Below, one piece after another: positions 1 through 11,063 of a DNA stretch of 64,000 bases. Position numbers and translations under genes: made by a program. This stretch comes from Candidatus Bathyarchaeota archaeon (GTDB lineage Archaea; Thermoproteota; Bathyarchaeia; Bathyarchaeales; Bathycorpusculaceae), in the NCBI GenBank assembly GCA_963826715.1, contig CAWGYA010000005.1, positions 64,001 to 128,000 on the forward strand, written 5' to 3'. Position 1 is the first letter of the stretch, and every line of letters begins with the position of its first letter. A model generated the notes under the pieces. That model ran no database searches and was not told the origin of the DNA. It saw only the letters and a program-made list of their open reading frames with translations.

Positions 1-1
1 G

Positions 2-331
2 GAAGGTTGTCCCTTTTCTTTACTGGAAGCGATGGCTGCTGGAAAGCCGATAATCGCAAGCAATATTCCCAGTATAAGAGAATTAGTTCAAAATGGAAAA
101 GAAGGATTGCTTGTTGATCCTAAAAATAATGGCGCTGTTGCTGACTTACTTTCAAAACTTTACTCCGACAAAAACCTTAGGGGTGAGATCGGTATGAATG
201 CAATCAAGAAAGCGCACTTATTCCAAAGGGAGAAAGGTTTTGAAAAAATACTGAGCATATATCCCGGTAATATTCAATCTAGTTCTTCTCATGAGAAACC
301 GCTTTATGTAAATAATAAGGCCAATACGTAA
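2..331 (+). CDS. Glycosyltransferase family 4, C-terminal part (begins before the window)
   Basis: Frame is open from base 2: EGCPFSLLEAMAAGKPIIASNIP, the GT4 E-x7-E motif, followed by GLLVDP. Confidence 0.85.
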   Translation, partial: EGCPFSLLEAMAAGKPIIASNIPSIRELVQNGKEGLLVDPKNNGAVADLLSKLYSDKNLRGEIGMNAIKKAHLFQREKGFEKILSIYPGNIQSSSSHEKPLYVNNKANT

Positions 332-480
332 ATCAGGAAATTTTTTAACGATATATTAGCATGAACTGTTGATAGATATGATAAATTCATTTATTTGGTT
401 AAAAGGTTTAATAACAAAAAAATCTTTCTCAAGAGCATCTACAATTAGCTATCGCAATTTAGGAAAGGTAGAATGAAGTT

Positions 481-1056
481 ATGAAGAATAGCTTTTCGAA
501 ACTTTTTTTCCTGTTTTTATTTTATTCCTTCGCCAGATATCTTCCGGTCTCTTATAAACCTGGGGGATCACTGGGGAAAAAAATTCGGTATATTTGTGGT
601 AAAAATCTATTCAGCAAGTGTGGTAAAGACGTAAATATAGAAAGAGGAGTGGACTTCAAAAAAGGGGGAAAGATCGAAATTGGCGATCGCTCCGGAATTG
701 GAATCAATTCTACTGTGGAAATAACATCTATAGGTAACGATGTGATGATGGGACAAGATGTTATTATAATTTCCCAAAACCACATTTTTTCGGACACAAC
801 AAAGCCAATGCGTTATCAAGGTCTTGAAGAGCCTCGGCGAGTCATAATTGAAGATGATGTATGGATTGGGGCGAGAACAATAATATTGCCCGGCGTCAGA
901 ATTGGAACGGGCGCAATAGTTGGCGCAGGGTCTGTCGTCACTCGAGATGTGCCTGCGTTTGCAATAGTTGGCGGTAATCCTGCACGGGTCATAAAATACC
1001 GTAAGATATTAGAAATTAACTCTAAGTTGGATGAAAAAACCAAAGTGGTAATATGA
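481..1056 (+). CDS. Hexapeptide-repeat O-acetyltransferase (LbetaH family)
   Basis: [49 protein letters not shown] is a classic LbetaH C-terminus. Confidence 0.9.
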   Translation: MKNSFSKLFFLFLFYSFARYLPVSYKPGGSLGKKIRYICGKNLFSKCGKDVNIERGVDFKKGGKIEIGDRSGIGINSTVEITSIGNDVMMGQDVIIISQNHIFSDTTKPMRYQGLEEPRRVIIEDDVWIGARTIILPGVRIGTGAIVGAGSVVTRDVPAFAIVGGNPARVIKYRKILEINSKLDEKTKVVI

Positions 1057-1692
1057 GCAACCAACTAATTAATCTAGTTTTTTGCGATTCTATAAGACAA
1101 ACAAGCTAAAGAGCGGACTTTTTAGCCATTCATAAAGAATTCCATAAAATACAGCCAAAGTAAATTATGCTGAGATTGCTTATATAGGAATCGAGATTGT
1201 GTTAGCTGGCGTGTAATTCTAAGAAACTGCCCTTAATTTCTTTCATCGGGAGTACAAATCTTTAATGGCGGAAAAGAAAAGAGAATTGTCTTATCCGTAA
1301 GAATCTCCGGAGAAGGGATTAAAACAGTTACGAATTTTAGCGTAAACCAAAGGGCTGATTTTGAAAAACCTTCAAGCGACGACTTTATATTATCTTGCTT
1401 GTTCAAATTCTTATTCTAGATTTCATCTATTACTCCTAGTATTGTTCATTGAAACTCTCCTATCTGCAAATACAATCATCTTACTAAAATCATTGACTGA
1501 ATGCTGAAAAAAATTTGGCAAGAACACAATATTTGAAACAAATATGAAGCTCTCTTTTTTATCTTTTATGATGTCAAAACATCTTTCAAACGACAGTCAG
1601 GACCAGACCCCCAAAACATAGCGAATAATTTGTATTTCATTCAAGTATCTGGTCCTCAAAAGTTTGGGTCTAACAACTTATAGAAATATTCG

Positions 1693-2907
1693 GTGCTTAC
1701 TATGAGAATATTGGTGTGTGTTTCAATCTTCAAACTTCCAATCGCTGATGGCGCATCTTTGCGAGTTTTTAATATTTTCTCAAATATGCAAAAGGATCAA
1801 GAGATATTTCTTTGTTTTTTACCACCGAATTCCCGAGATATAGGAAATATTCAAAGGATAAGCAAAATTGGAATTTTTAAAAAGATATATTGTTTATCCC
1901 AAGAGGAAAATAATACTCACCATTTTTATTCTTTTTTTCTCAAAACTCTTTTTGGCAATGACCTTCTAGATCGAACTAATCCAATTGAAAGAGCTGTGTT
2001 GCAAATAATTTGCAAAGAAAAAATTGATGTCTTGCACGTTATCGACTCCCATTCTGGCATTCAATTGGCAAATATCGATTTTTCTTCTAAATTTTTAGAT
2101 TTGATTGATTCGCCCAGCTTATATGCTCATAGAATGTTAAATTTTAAGAGATTTTCTAAAAATTTTTTTAGGAACTCTATAGAATTCTTTGCTGCTAAAA
2201 AAAACGAAAAATATCTTGTTAAAAAATACAAAATGATTACCCTAGTGTCTCCAGTCGACAAAAATTATATGAGAAAACTTTATGGTAATATTCAAGTTCA
2301 GCTTATTCCAAATGGTACTAATATCAGCGAAAAAACATTCGAGGTGATTAACGAAAATCCTGTATTGATGTTTTCAGGAAACATGGGATATTATCCAAAC
2401 ATAGAGGCAGTTCAATTTATTGTTAATAACGTTTTACCCTTAATTAAGCAAACTTTCCCTAAAGTTTTATTCTATATTGTCGGAATCAATCCATCAAAAG
2501 AGGTTAAGAAACTTGGACGCAAAGGTAATGTTATTTTGACAGGTTTTGTTGATGATATGTCATTATATCTCTCAAAAGCAACTGTAATATTAGAGCCCAT
2601 TCGATTAGGTAGTGGTCAGCAAAATAAAATTTTAGAAGCTTTGGCATCAGGAAAGCCGGTAGTTACCACAAAAAATGTGGCTGATTCTTTTAGCCGAAAT
2701 GTGAAGGATTGTCTCATTATAGGTGAAGGAGCAAATGATATTGCCCAAAAAACTATAAAGCTTATTAAAGATCGAACATTACGAGAAGAACTCGGCAAAA
2801 AGGGAAAAGAAGCCATTCAAACATATTCATGGTCGAACACTGCAAATTTATACTCAAGTCTATACAATAAATTAATCGAAAAAACGTCTGAAAAGAAAGC
2901 TACCTAA
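1693..2907 (+). CDS. Glycosyltransferase family 4
   Basis: FSGNMGYYPN, GFVDD, GSGQQNKILEALASGKPVV, YSW motifs. Confidence 0.9.
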   Translation: MLTMRILVCVSIFKLPIADGASLRVFNIFSNMQKDQEIFLCFLPPNSRDIGNIQRISKIGIFKKIYCLSQEENNTHHFYSFFLKTLFGNDLLDRTNPIERAVLQIICKEKIDVLHVIDSHSGIQLANIDFSSKFLDLIDSPSLYAHRMLNFKRFSKNFFRNSIEFFAAKKNEKYLVKKYKMITLVSPVDKNYMRKLYGNIQVQLIPNGTNISEKTFEVINENPVLMFSGNMGYYPNIEAVQFIVNNVLPLIKQTFPKVLFYIVGINPSKEVKKLGRKGNVILTGFVDDMSLYLSKATVILEPIRLGSGQQNKILEALASGKPVVTTKNVADSFSRNVKDCLIIGEGANDIAQKTIKLIKDRTLREELGKKGKEAIQTYSWSNTANLYSSLYNKLIEKTSEKKAT

Positions 2908-2933
2908 TTCTTAACAATAATCATTGCTGCGTA

Positions 2934-5129
2934 ATGGTCAAGGTTGAAGCTTACATGAGAAGAATCGATCTGGTAATTCCATTAGTTACTCTCTTTACTA
3001 ATATTCTAATTTTTATTGATGCCCCCTTTCTTAGGTTCATCGTTGCTTTTGCATTTTTATTTTTTATTCCAGGTTATGCGATAGTTAGATTGCTAAAAAC
3101 AAAATTCGGTTTTTTAGAAATTGTCATTTTCTCGATAGGTCTAAGCTTAATAGCCGTGATGTTCGTAGGCTTGATAGTTAATTGGATTTCTTTTTCGTTA
3201 GGCTTCATGAAACCTCTATCACCTCTACCATTAATGGCTGCTTTATCGGCTTTTACATTAGTCATATATTTCATAAGAATTAAGAATAACTTATCAGTAT
3301 TTGACTGGAAAAGAGACTTTGACTTTCATGAAATTAGAAGTGTTTTACCTTTTCTTCCATTTATTATCTTTCTCCCTTTACTTAGTGCATTAAGTGTAGT
3401 TTTTTTTAATGTTCCCTTAATTCTAATTAGTTATTTGTTGATAGCCATTTTATGCATATTGGTTGTTGCAAGAAGGCGGACTATTTCTAATACAATTTTT
3501 CCTTTGCTAATTTTTTCGATTTCAATATCTCTGGCTTGTCAAGCTATTTTGACTTCTCGATACCTGATTGGTTGGGATGTGAACCTTGAATATTATGTTT
3601 ATAGTTTGACCTTGCAAAATGGTCATTGGGGATTGATTGACTCAACATTCAATTCGTTCACTGCTTTGAATTACAACTCGATGCTTTCTATAACGCTGTT
3701 GCCAACAGTTTATTCAGTTCTCATGAATGTTCAAGGCGAATTAGTTTTCAAAATGTTGTATCCATTTATCCTGTCAATTTTTCCCTTGATTTTGTATTCG
3801 ATTTACGAAAAGCAATTTGGCAAATTAGCAGGTTTTCTCTCTGTCCTTTTTTTTGTTTTTACAGCTACCTCTTTTTATGGAGCCGAACCTGTAGGCCTTA
3901 ATCGACAAATCATTGGTGGATTTTTTTTAGCACTATCTATTTTTCTTTTATTGAAAAAAAATATTGATATTAACCTGCGTAGGGTTTTGTTAGTAACTCT
4001 TGGAATTGCATTAGCTTTAAGTCATTATTCTCTTGCATACTTGTATTTTGGTATGTTAGTGGTTATTTTCTTGTTTTCCAAAGTAAGACCACGATTTAAC
4101 GATGTCATAGATAGCATAACTCTGTTGTCGCTTTTTGTAACAACCTCTGCTTGGTACACTCTAGTAGACAACTCTTCATTGTTAGCATTGGTCACCACAA
4201 TCAAAGGAGTTTGGGTTCATTTAACAACGGGTATAAGTGCAACCCCAATTTTGGGGGCAACTTCTACCCTCTTTGCCATCAACTCCGTTCATACAACTGC
4301 CACTTGGTTTAACATTATTCTCTCTGGGGTTGTGCCGAATCTCTTTCTATTAATTGGTACGTTAGTGATAATATTCACGGCAAAAGAGGGTGGCTTTTCA
4401 ACTAGGGACAAAGAATTTACCATAATGTCGATAATAGCGGGAACAATACTGCTTGTTTCATTGATCCTTCCGAGCTTTGCAGCCACCCTTAATTTTACTA
4501 GATTTTACGGCATCACCATGATATTGCTGTCTCCTTGCTTCGTCCTTGGTGGCCAAGCTTTTTTAAATATAGTCAAAAAAGGAATTAAAAGAATTGATCG
4601 GCATAGATTTAACAAGATCTTGAAAAGAAAGAATACTGACACGACATTTATTTTGATAACGGTTTTGCTGTGTGGGTATTTTCTCTCACAAGTAGGATTT
4701 ATAAATAGTTTGACGGGTAGCACAATTCACTCGTGGGTTGTTGACTTCAATCGTATGCAAACAACAGATAACCTGAAAGAGAAAATTGGTCTTTATTCTG
4801 GCTATATACCTGGGCAAGATGTTAAAAGTGCAATTTGGTTGTCTAATCATAGATCACCCACCTCACAAGTACTTGCTGACCCACTTTTTGAATCTCATGT
4901 ACTTCTTAGCTATGGGTTGATTCCTAACAACTTATTATTACCCCTAACTAATTCTACGATGCCCCAGCAGGGAAATTTTATTTACTTCGGGACTTTAAAC
5001 GTAGTGAATAATGTAGTTACTACATACGCTGGGGGTTATTTCAATGTCTCAACCCTATCGCCTTTGCTCAATAATTATGACATAGTTTATTCTAATGGTA
5101 ACAGCGAAATATGGTATGTCAACAAATAA
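2934..5129 (+). CDS. DUF2206-like polytopic membrane protein (archaeal glycosylation loci)
   Basis: Many TM segments; FIPGY, GWDVNLEYY, SHYS, RFY and terminal IVYSNGNSEIW motifs. Confidence 0.75.
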   Translation: MVKVEAYMRRIDLVIPLVTLFTNILIFIDAPFLRFIVAFAFLFFIPGYAIVRLLKTKFGFLEIVIFSIGLSLIAVMFVGLIVNWISFSLGFMKPLSPLPLMAALSAFTLVIYFIRIKNNLSVFDWKRDFDFHEIRSVLPFLPFIIFLPLLSALSVVFFNVPLILISYLLIAILCILVVARRRTISNTIFPLLIFSISISLACQAILTSRYLIGWDVNLEYYVYSLTLQNGHWGLIDSTFNSFTALNYNSMLSITLLPTVYSVLMNVQGELVFKMLYPFILSIFPLILYSIYEKQFGKLAGFLSVLFFVFTATSFYGAEPVGLNRQIIGGFFLALSIFLLLKKNIDINLRRVLLVTLGIALALSHYSLAYLYFGMLVVIFLFSKVRPRFNDVIDSITLLSLFVTTSAWYTLVDNSSLLALVTTIKGVWVHLTTGISATPILGATSTLFAINSVHTTATWFNIILSGVVPNLFLLIGTLVIIFTAKEGGFSTRDKEFTIMSIIAGTILLVSLILPSFAATLNFTRFYGITMILLSPCFVLGGQAFLNIVKKGIKRIDRHRFNKILKRKNTDTTFILITVLLCGYFLSQVGFINSLTGSTIHSWVVDFNRMQTTDNLKEKIGLYSGYIPGQDVKSAIWLSNHRSPTSQVLADPLFESHVLLSYGLIPNNLLLPLTNSTMPQQGNFIYFGTLNVVNNVVTTYAGGYFNVSTLSPLLNNYDIVYSNGNSEIWYVNK

Positions 5130-5166
5130 ATTCGCTTAATTACAATAATACTATACCTGACCATAT

Positions 5167-6381
5167 TCAGTCCATGATTGTGAAATTTCCCAGATTATAA
5201 TAAGCGCCATCTATAACATTAACGTTATTTGATTGAATTTTGTTTAGAAAAGCTCCTTGAGCAACAAGAAAACCCATAGATGTTTCAGAATTGCTGTTTA
5301 TGATATTGTTTGTTAAGTTATTATGATCTCCGTAAACTTGAACGGCAAAAGTCCAAGAACCATTCCAAGGAAAGTCATAAATTTGGTTACTAGATACCGT
5401 ATTATTTGAGGTAACCACTATTATGCCGGCATCACTAAATGAATAAATGTTGTTAAACTCAAGAATATTTTTGTCCCCTACAGCAGAACAAATTCCAATT
5501 TTTAGACGAGTAATATTATTGTTAATTATCATAGCATTACCATTGCCCTCTACTGCGATTCCCCAGCTTGCATTTCCTCCTCCACCAGTTGTACCGTTAA
5601 GATCATGAACATAATTGCCCCTTATCACAGCATTTGCGTATGTGCTTATTCCTACGTCACTGCTATAAGCAACTTCATTATTAATTGCATAGAAGTAATT
5701 TTCGTTGCTACTATAACCACCTAAAGTTATGCCGTTCCAGCCGTTGTTAAATAGCTTGCAATTTTCAATGCCTACGTTATCACTTCCCCATGAAGCGGCT
5801 AAAAAACCAAATTGAGCGCAATTATAGATACAACCACCATAAACGTAGGAGTTTTTGCATGATTCAAAGTAAACGCCTTCATTATAGTTTGGCATCGCTT
5901 GATTTATTGCGTTTCCGTCTATTGTTGGATTAAGGATTTTGCAATTGTTGCAATCATAAAAATGAATTGCGGGAGAATTCATTTGGTTTGTTATAAATAA
6001 AATTGCATCGTTCTCAAAATAAAAAGTAATATCGTTTTTGGTTTCAAGATAAATAGTTCCATTAAGACGATATAGTCCCGCCTTGAATAAAATGCTTTGC
6101 CCATCAACTAAATTGCTAATTGCATAATTAATTGCTTCACTCGCATTTTTGCTTTGACATATTATTTTCTCTTCCAAGGTCTCCGTAATTTGGGTATTAG
6201 AATCTGAAATATTAACTTCGTAAGTATATTTCTCGGTTGCAGTTTGAGCGATAAGGCCAAATGTTTGAATCTCCTTAATTGCTCGTGTTTTTCCAATCAC
6301 AACAGTTGAGTTGATTAGGCTTGAAGATAACATAAGCAGCGTAAGGAGCATCGTTATGCTGAGTAACTTTGTTCTTGTCAT
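5167..6381 (-). CDS. Secreted right-handed beta-helix (pectate lyase/NosD-like) protein
   Basis: N-terminal signal/TM, AINYAIS..GQSILFKAGLY cap, Asn-rich parallel beta-helix repeats. Confidence 0.75.
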   Translation of the reverse strand: MTRTKLLSITMLLTLLMLSSSLINSTVVIGKTRAIKEIQTFGLIAQTATEKYTYEVNISDSNTQITETLEEKIICQSKNASEAINYAISNLVDGQSILFKAGLYRLNGTIYLETKNDITFYFENDAILFITNQMNSPAIHFYDCNNCKILNPTIDGNAINQAMPNYNEGVYFESCKNSYVYGGCIYNCAQFGFLAASWGSDNVGIENCKLFNNGWNGITLGGYSSNENYFYAINNEVAYSSDVGISTYANAVIRGNYVHDLNGTTGGGGNASWGIAVEGNGNAMIINNNITRLKIGICSAVGDKNILEFNNIYSFSDAGIIVVTSNNTVSSNQIYDFPWNGSWTFAVQVYGDHNNLTNNIINSNSETSMGFLVAQGAFLNKIQSNNVNVIDGAYYNLGNFTIMD

Positions 6382-6561
6382 GTTCCAAGCACTTATCTTA
6401 TATAGTATGTATTGAGAATTACTTTATATTTGTTGTTGATCCGAAATAACTGAATGCTTAGCAAATTAGCCGAAGTGAAATCCTTATAATGCGTAGCACT
6501 TTGATTCCAAGTTAAAGATAGAATTAATTATTTACTCCTCTAAAGTAACAAAGGGAATAAT

Positions 6562-6789
6562 ATGATAATGACTCTACCGCCCACTTCTTTCATTGATGTA
6601 AGCTCGTTGCTCGCCATTATGGCCATATTTCTTTTTATTTTGTTAGCTATCAGTACTATTTTCAAGCCCAGTAATTTTGTGATCAATTTGAGAAAGCTAA
6701 AAAATGCTGCAATAATAGTTGGAATATTATTTTTAATAACTGTGATAATACAAATATTAACTTGGCTAGCTTTCGAATCCATCAATTAA
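6562..6789 (+). CDS. Small 2-TM hypothetical protein
   Basis: 75 aa ORF with two hydrophobic helices. Confidence 0.5.
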   Translation: MIMTLPPTSFIDVSSLLAIMAIFLFILLAISTIFKPSNFVINLRKLKNAAIIVGILFLITVIIQILTWLAFESIN

Positions 6790-7137
6790 CAAGACCTTGA
6801 CAAGCGTCGAGCGCCTAGCTATCTTAAGCGCACAAGAGTCAATAATCCAAACATAGCAACGCGTTGGTCCCCAGTTTACACAATGACCATAACCTTGGAA
6901 TAGTTGGAAACCTTTAAACAGCCTACTTAATTTCCTTAAGCAAATAACTTAATACTCTGGTCCCAAAAAAGCTGTAGGTAGTTATTTCCAACTGGTCGTT
7001 GGAGCATATAAAGAAAAATTGTCTTGATTGCTAACTTTTCACCTTAAACTCTCCAAACGCCATCACTGTTAGCTAAAGTCTACAAAATTCAAATAGATTA
7101 GAATAGTTCCACATTAATCCTAAAGAAGGGTACTTCA

Positions 7138-7917
7138 ATGAAAAAAAAATCTCCTAATTTAAATATTATCAAGGCGTCAACGCTTTTAATGCTATCATTT
7201 GGCGTTATAATAGTTGTCATTTCTATGCTTTACATTTCATCTGTTTTGGCCATTTCGGGCGTTGCGTTAGTTTTCTGGGGTATTATACTTCTATATTTTA
7301 CGCCCATTAAACATGTGCCCCTCACTTTGTTAAATGCTGTAGCCTTTTCAGCTAATTCCAATATCGAAAGAGCGCTTGCTGAGGCAAATTTTTCTTCGAA
7401 GGGAAGATACCTGCCCCCAGCTCAGTTAAGGGATCTTGAATCTAGCCTATTAGTAATCCCAAAATATCCCGAACAAGATCTGCCGACGCTAGGAGAACTC
7501 GCAGGGCAAAAAATCTTCACAGAAAGCGACAACTTTCTATTGCTCACGCCACCAGGATTTGGACTATCTATACTCTTTGAGAAGGAAGCAGGTACCTCGT
7601 TTACTAAGGCAGACTTGGACTTCGTTCAGCGAAAGCTCCCAGAGATACTAGTTGAAGATATGGCGTTAGCTCAGACGGCTGATTTAAAAGTGCGAAATAA
7701 CACCATGACGCTAGAGCTTAAAGGAAGTGTTTTGCAAGCTATTTGTAATGAGGCAAGGACTTTATTAAGAACCCACACCCAGGTTGGTTGTCTACTTAGT
7801 AGTGCGGTGGCTTGTGTTTTGGCTAAATCGTCGGGTAAAGTGGTGACTATTGAAAAGGATGAGTTAAGTGAGGATGGGAAGACTACTATAATGGAGTTCA
7901 AGTTGTGGGACACATAA
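7138..7917 (+). CDS. Hypothetical membrane-anchored protein with C-terminal V4R-like Cys motif
   Basis: Two N-terminal TMs, PPGFGL, GCLLSSAVAC; T-rich tract follows the stop. Confidence 0.65.
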   Translation: MKKKSPNLNIIKASTLLMLSFGVIIVVISMLYISSVLAISGVALVFWGIILLYFTPIKHVPLTLLNAVAFSANSNIERALAEANFSSKGRYLPPAQLRDLESSLLVIPKYPEQDLPTLGELAGQKIFTESDNFLLLTPPGFGLSILFEKEAGTSFTKADLDFVQRKLPEILVEDMALAQTADLKVRNNTMTLELKGSVLQAICNEARTLLRTHTQVGCLLSSAVACVLAKSSGKVVTIEKDELSEDGKTTIMEFKLWDT

Positions 7918-8176
7918 TAGCACAAAACAGTTGAGTTAACTCATTTTTCTTTTCTGCTTCTATTTTTCCTTTTAATAAAAAAGATGTGCCCCCAAAATTA
8001 ATGCTGACCTTTTTGACTTGTTAGGGGTTGTCGCTGTGAGTTTAGGGTTACTATTTTCTGTATTTGCTCATTTTTTCAGAGTAGTCTATCAAGTGTCCCA
8101 AAGTGACTACGATGAGTTTACGGTTGCTTTTAGGACTTGGTTTTCTATAGTTTATAGTTGAATTTTGTCTCATTGT

Positions 8177-8615
8177 CTATTGTGTACGGGTAAGGGTTAC
8201 ATCGGAGCTAAAAGTTGTGAGACTGCCGGTGTTCACAGCTGTTAGTGTTAGGGTTGCTTGGATTGTTGCTCCTGCGTTTAGGACTGTTTTTGTTGGTTCC
8301 AGGTTAATGTTAGTGAGGAGCTGGCGCCGGTTGGGGTCCAGTTGCTTGGGGTCATTGTTAGTGTTTCTGGTACGTTGCCTGTGTTTTTGACGTAGACTGT
8401 TTGGGTTGCGGTGGGGTTGAGGATTCCAACGTTTAGGCCCGTGACGGTTTGAGTGCAGGCACTGTCGGATATACGCCTAAGTTTACTGCGTTTATTGTTC
8501 CGTTTAAGGGGAACGTTTTGGCTGTTGCTAGGACTGCTGCGGTTGTTACTGTTAGGGCTAGTATGGTTATTGTTAGTGCGATTATTGCTATGCTGGGTAT
8601 TTTCTTGATGTTCAT
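8177..8615 (-). pseudogene. Secreted Thr-rich Ig-like protein with two frameshifts
   Basis: Signal peptide ORF 8615-8433. Restoring one base near 8470 gives VYSDSACTQ..VYVKNTGNVPETLTMTPSNWTP..LTLTWN; a second shift near 8290 gives TVLNAGATIQATLTLT..SDVTLTRTQ-stop (TAG 8177-8179). Confidence 0.7.
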
Positions 8616-9021
8616 AAGCTGTTCACTTATTTTATGTCATGAGTCGTAAGTAGTAATAAGCATTATGCTTTAGTGATCAATGCCTCCGCAAGTAGTACAC
8701 AAATACAAATCCAAAAAACACAAAGACAAAAACCGCTAGATTAATGGAGCTCAAAAATTCGACTTGATTATTGGCAAGATGTGCCCGTGGATATTTTCTG
8801 CATTATTAGCGGCGTCTCTTTAGACACAACTTTGCCGCCTCTTTATCGTTGCTATTTTTTTCTTCCATCGACGGCACCTCAGATACCCCTATTTTTAAGC
8901 AACTAAAACTTGAGGAATAGCGAAGCTGAGGTTTTTAAAGGCTGCAATTATCTGTGTTTACTATGGCGCGCACAGTCGGATTGATTGGGAAGTTTTAAAT
9001 CCCTCTTCATCCCACATGTAG

Positions 9022-9285
9022 TTGTGGGAAAATGGGTTGGTTGAACAAGTCAACGTAAAAGTAGACTCCAAAGGCCGTATCTGCATTCCAGCTGAAATCC
9101 GCCAAGAAATCGGTGACACTGCCACCCTAAGAAGAACTCCCCAGGGATTTTTATTGCTGCCCGGCAAAAAAGAAGACCCCGTCGAGGAATTGCGAAAAGT
9201 CATCAAATCAAAGCATCGCCGAACAGGCAAACCAGAACACTGGTCGCCTGAACAGATCAAGGCAATCTGGAGCAAATCCGAGTGA
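9022..9285 (+). CDS. AbrB/MazE-family antitoxin (VapB-like)
   Basis: VKVDSKGRICIPAEIRQEIG AbrB motif; GTGA overlap with the PIN gene. Confidence 0.85.
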   Translation: MWENGLVEQVNVKVDSKGRICIPAEIRQEIGDTATLRRTPQGFLLLPGKKEDPVEELRKVIKSKHRRTGKPEHWSPEQIKAIWSKSE

Positions 9286-9733
9286 TCGTTGGCTTAGATA
9301 CAAACATCATCTGCTACGCCCTAGACGAAGAATACCCAGAAAATAAACAGCTAAACGACATACTCCTTAAGCTATCCACTGAAAACAAAATAGCCATAAA
9401 TCCGACAACTATCCACGAAGCCTATCACGTCTTAGTTTTTGGGCATAAATGGCATCCAGAAGAAGCAGCAAATGCCATAAGACTGCTCTTAAAAAACCCT
9501 ACATAGAATTTTATAATCAAACACGAAAAACCAGCATCATAGCTCTCAACTTATCCGTGCAGTACAAACTCGGAGGAAGAGACTCCCTAATAATAGCCAA
9601 CTTTCTAGCAAACCAAACGCCTACCATGTACACTCACGACAAAGAACTCCTAAAAATACAAAAAATTAACTGGAAAAGCACCAACATAGTCTTCACAGAT
9701 CCCCTATCCCAATCTTCACCTGTTGGGCATTAA
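9282..9733 (+). pseudogene. PIN-domain VapC toxin split by a -1 frameshift
   Basis: N-half LDTNII..IHEAY (9282-9506); C-half LGGRDSLIIA..MYTHDKEL in the -1 frame to 9733; junction at TTA AAA AAC (9489-9497). Confidence 0.8.
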
Positions 9734-9860
9734 TCTAGCGCGCTTAACCGCTATCCACCGTGTTTGCTGGCGCACGGTTGCTCAAGCCTCTTCTTAAAAA
9801 GAGAATACAATTAAACTTAATTAGAATAAAATACTAAAGTGTTATTTTAGGTAAAATGAA

Positions 9861-10058
9861 ATGCCAATAGTGCAAGTTTCTGTTTGAGAAGGAATGACTC
9901 TTGAGAACAAGAAGAAAACAGTTGAGGGGATAACTAAGGTTTTTGTGGATTTAGGGGTTCCCAAGGCTGCAGTTGAAATTGTTATTATTGAGGCGCCAAA
10001 AAGTAATTGGGCAACTGGTGGGCTACTGCATTCGGAAAGACATGCAGGTACGCCGTAA
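9861..10058 (+). pseudogene. 4-oxalocrotonate tautomerase family protein with in-frame TGA at codon 9
   Basis: Manual translation MPIVQVSV*EGMTLENKKKTVEGITKVFVDLGVPKAAVEIVIIEAPKSNWATGGLLHSERHAGTP; catalytic Pro1 and NWxxGG retained; absent from the ORF track. Confidence 0.8.
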
Positions 10059-10564
10059 CCGCAACAGCTAGCGATGGCACCTATGGAATAAGCCTCAACT
10101 TCAATGTCATTCCAGTGTTAGAAAGTACAGATGTTTTGGGAACAGAAAAGAACAATTTTTCTCCCATTGATACGGTCTATGTGAATGGTCTCGGCTACAG
10201 TGGAAGCTCCGTTAATGTCTATGTTGTAATTCATCAAAGCAACTGGGTGAATCGAGATATATTGGAGGATGTGCGAGGTGCGCCAACTGCAGTTTCGATA
10301 ACTGATGGAGCTTTCGACCATGTGCCGTTGTGGGTTAATCCGGTGCCTGGACTCTATGACATCGTTGCAGACACCAACGGTAATGGCCATTACGATATTT
10401 CCGCCACCGTTTTAGATTCCAAAGACAGCCTCGATGTAACTCCAGGCGGAACAGGAGGTTTCTTCGTAGTGCCAGAATACACCTTAGTTGCGCTCGCGGC
10501 CGTTGCAGCCTGTTTTGCAGCTTTTTTCGCAATTAAAAGACCGCACTTGAAAATTACACAGTAA
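10007..10564 (+). pseudogene. C-terminal fragment of a surface protein with PEF-CTERM-like sorting signal
   Basis: YDIVADTNGNGHYD, then VVPEY + TM + basic tail; no signal peptide and the 5' part overlaps the tautomerase gene, so probably truncated. Confidence 0.6.
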
Positions 10565-10931
10565 TAAAACAAAACGTTTCTTTCTTTTTTTGCCGCTTCC
10601 TTTTTTAGATCATGACTGAATAGAACCAACTCTAACTACGGAATAAGTTATTTGATAGTTAGAAAAGATTTTTCTTAAAAAAACGAGCTGATGAAAGACT
10701 CAATTATTTAGCGACTATCCTTCTTTTTTTGGAACCCACTCTCCCACCAACCATTAGAACTCAAGGAATCAACAATGTCTACCGTTTGCGGATAAAAATC
10801 AGCATCGAATCAACCCTAATATGAAACAAAAAAGCCGACAAAGCCAAGATTCAACCGACAATGGTAAACTGGAATTGGTTCCCTGTGAAGAGATAGAATA
10901 CATATACTTTTTCTTCAGCTCTTCTATGGGA

Positions 10932-11063
10932 TTACATGTGCTCGATGTATAATTTTTCTGGTTCTTGAAAGATAAAATGTTTTTTAACGCACAATACCTC
11001 TGGGCAGCCTTCGCATGACTTGAAGGTGCTTTTTTGGCATGGTAATACGTAGTTGCGGTCCAT
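10932..11063 (-). CDS. Small Cys-rich protein (43 aa)
   Basis: MDRNYVLPCQKSTFKSCEGCPEVLCVKKHFIFQEPEKLYIEHM; GGTGGTGA RBS-like sequence upstream; T-rich tract downstream. Confidence 0.45.
   Translation of the reverse strand: MDRNYVLPCQKSTFKSCEGCPEVLCVKKHFIFQEPEKLYIEHM

Noticed and set aside
1200-1420. Open frame SSGVQIFNGGKEKRIVLSVRISGEGIKTVTNFSVN as a gene relic
   Set aside because: No start codon or recognisable family; cannot be supported without a search.
9885-9887. TGA reassignment or selenocysteine
   Set aside because: TGA ends many genes here and the position is not a catalytic Cys site.
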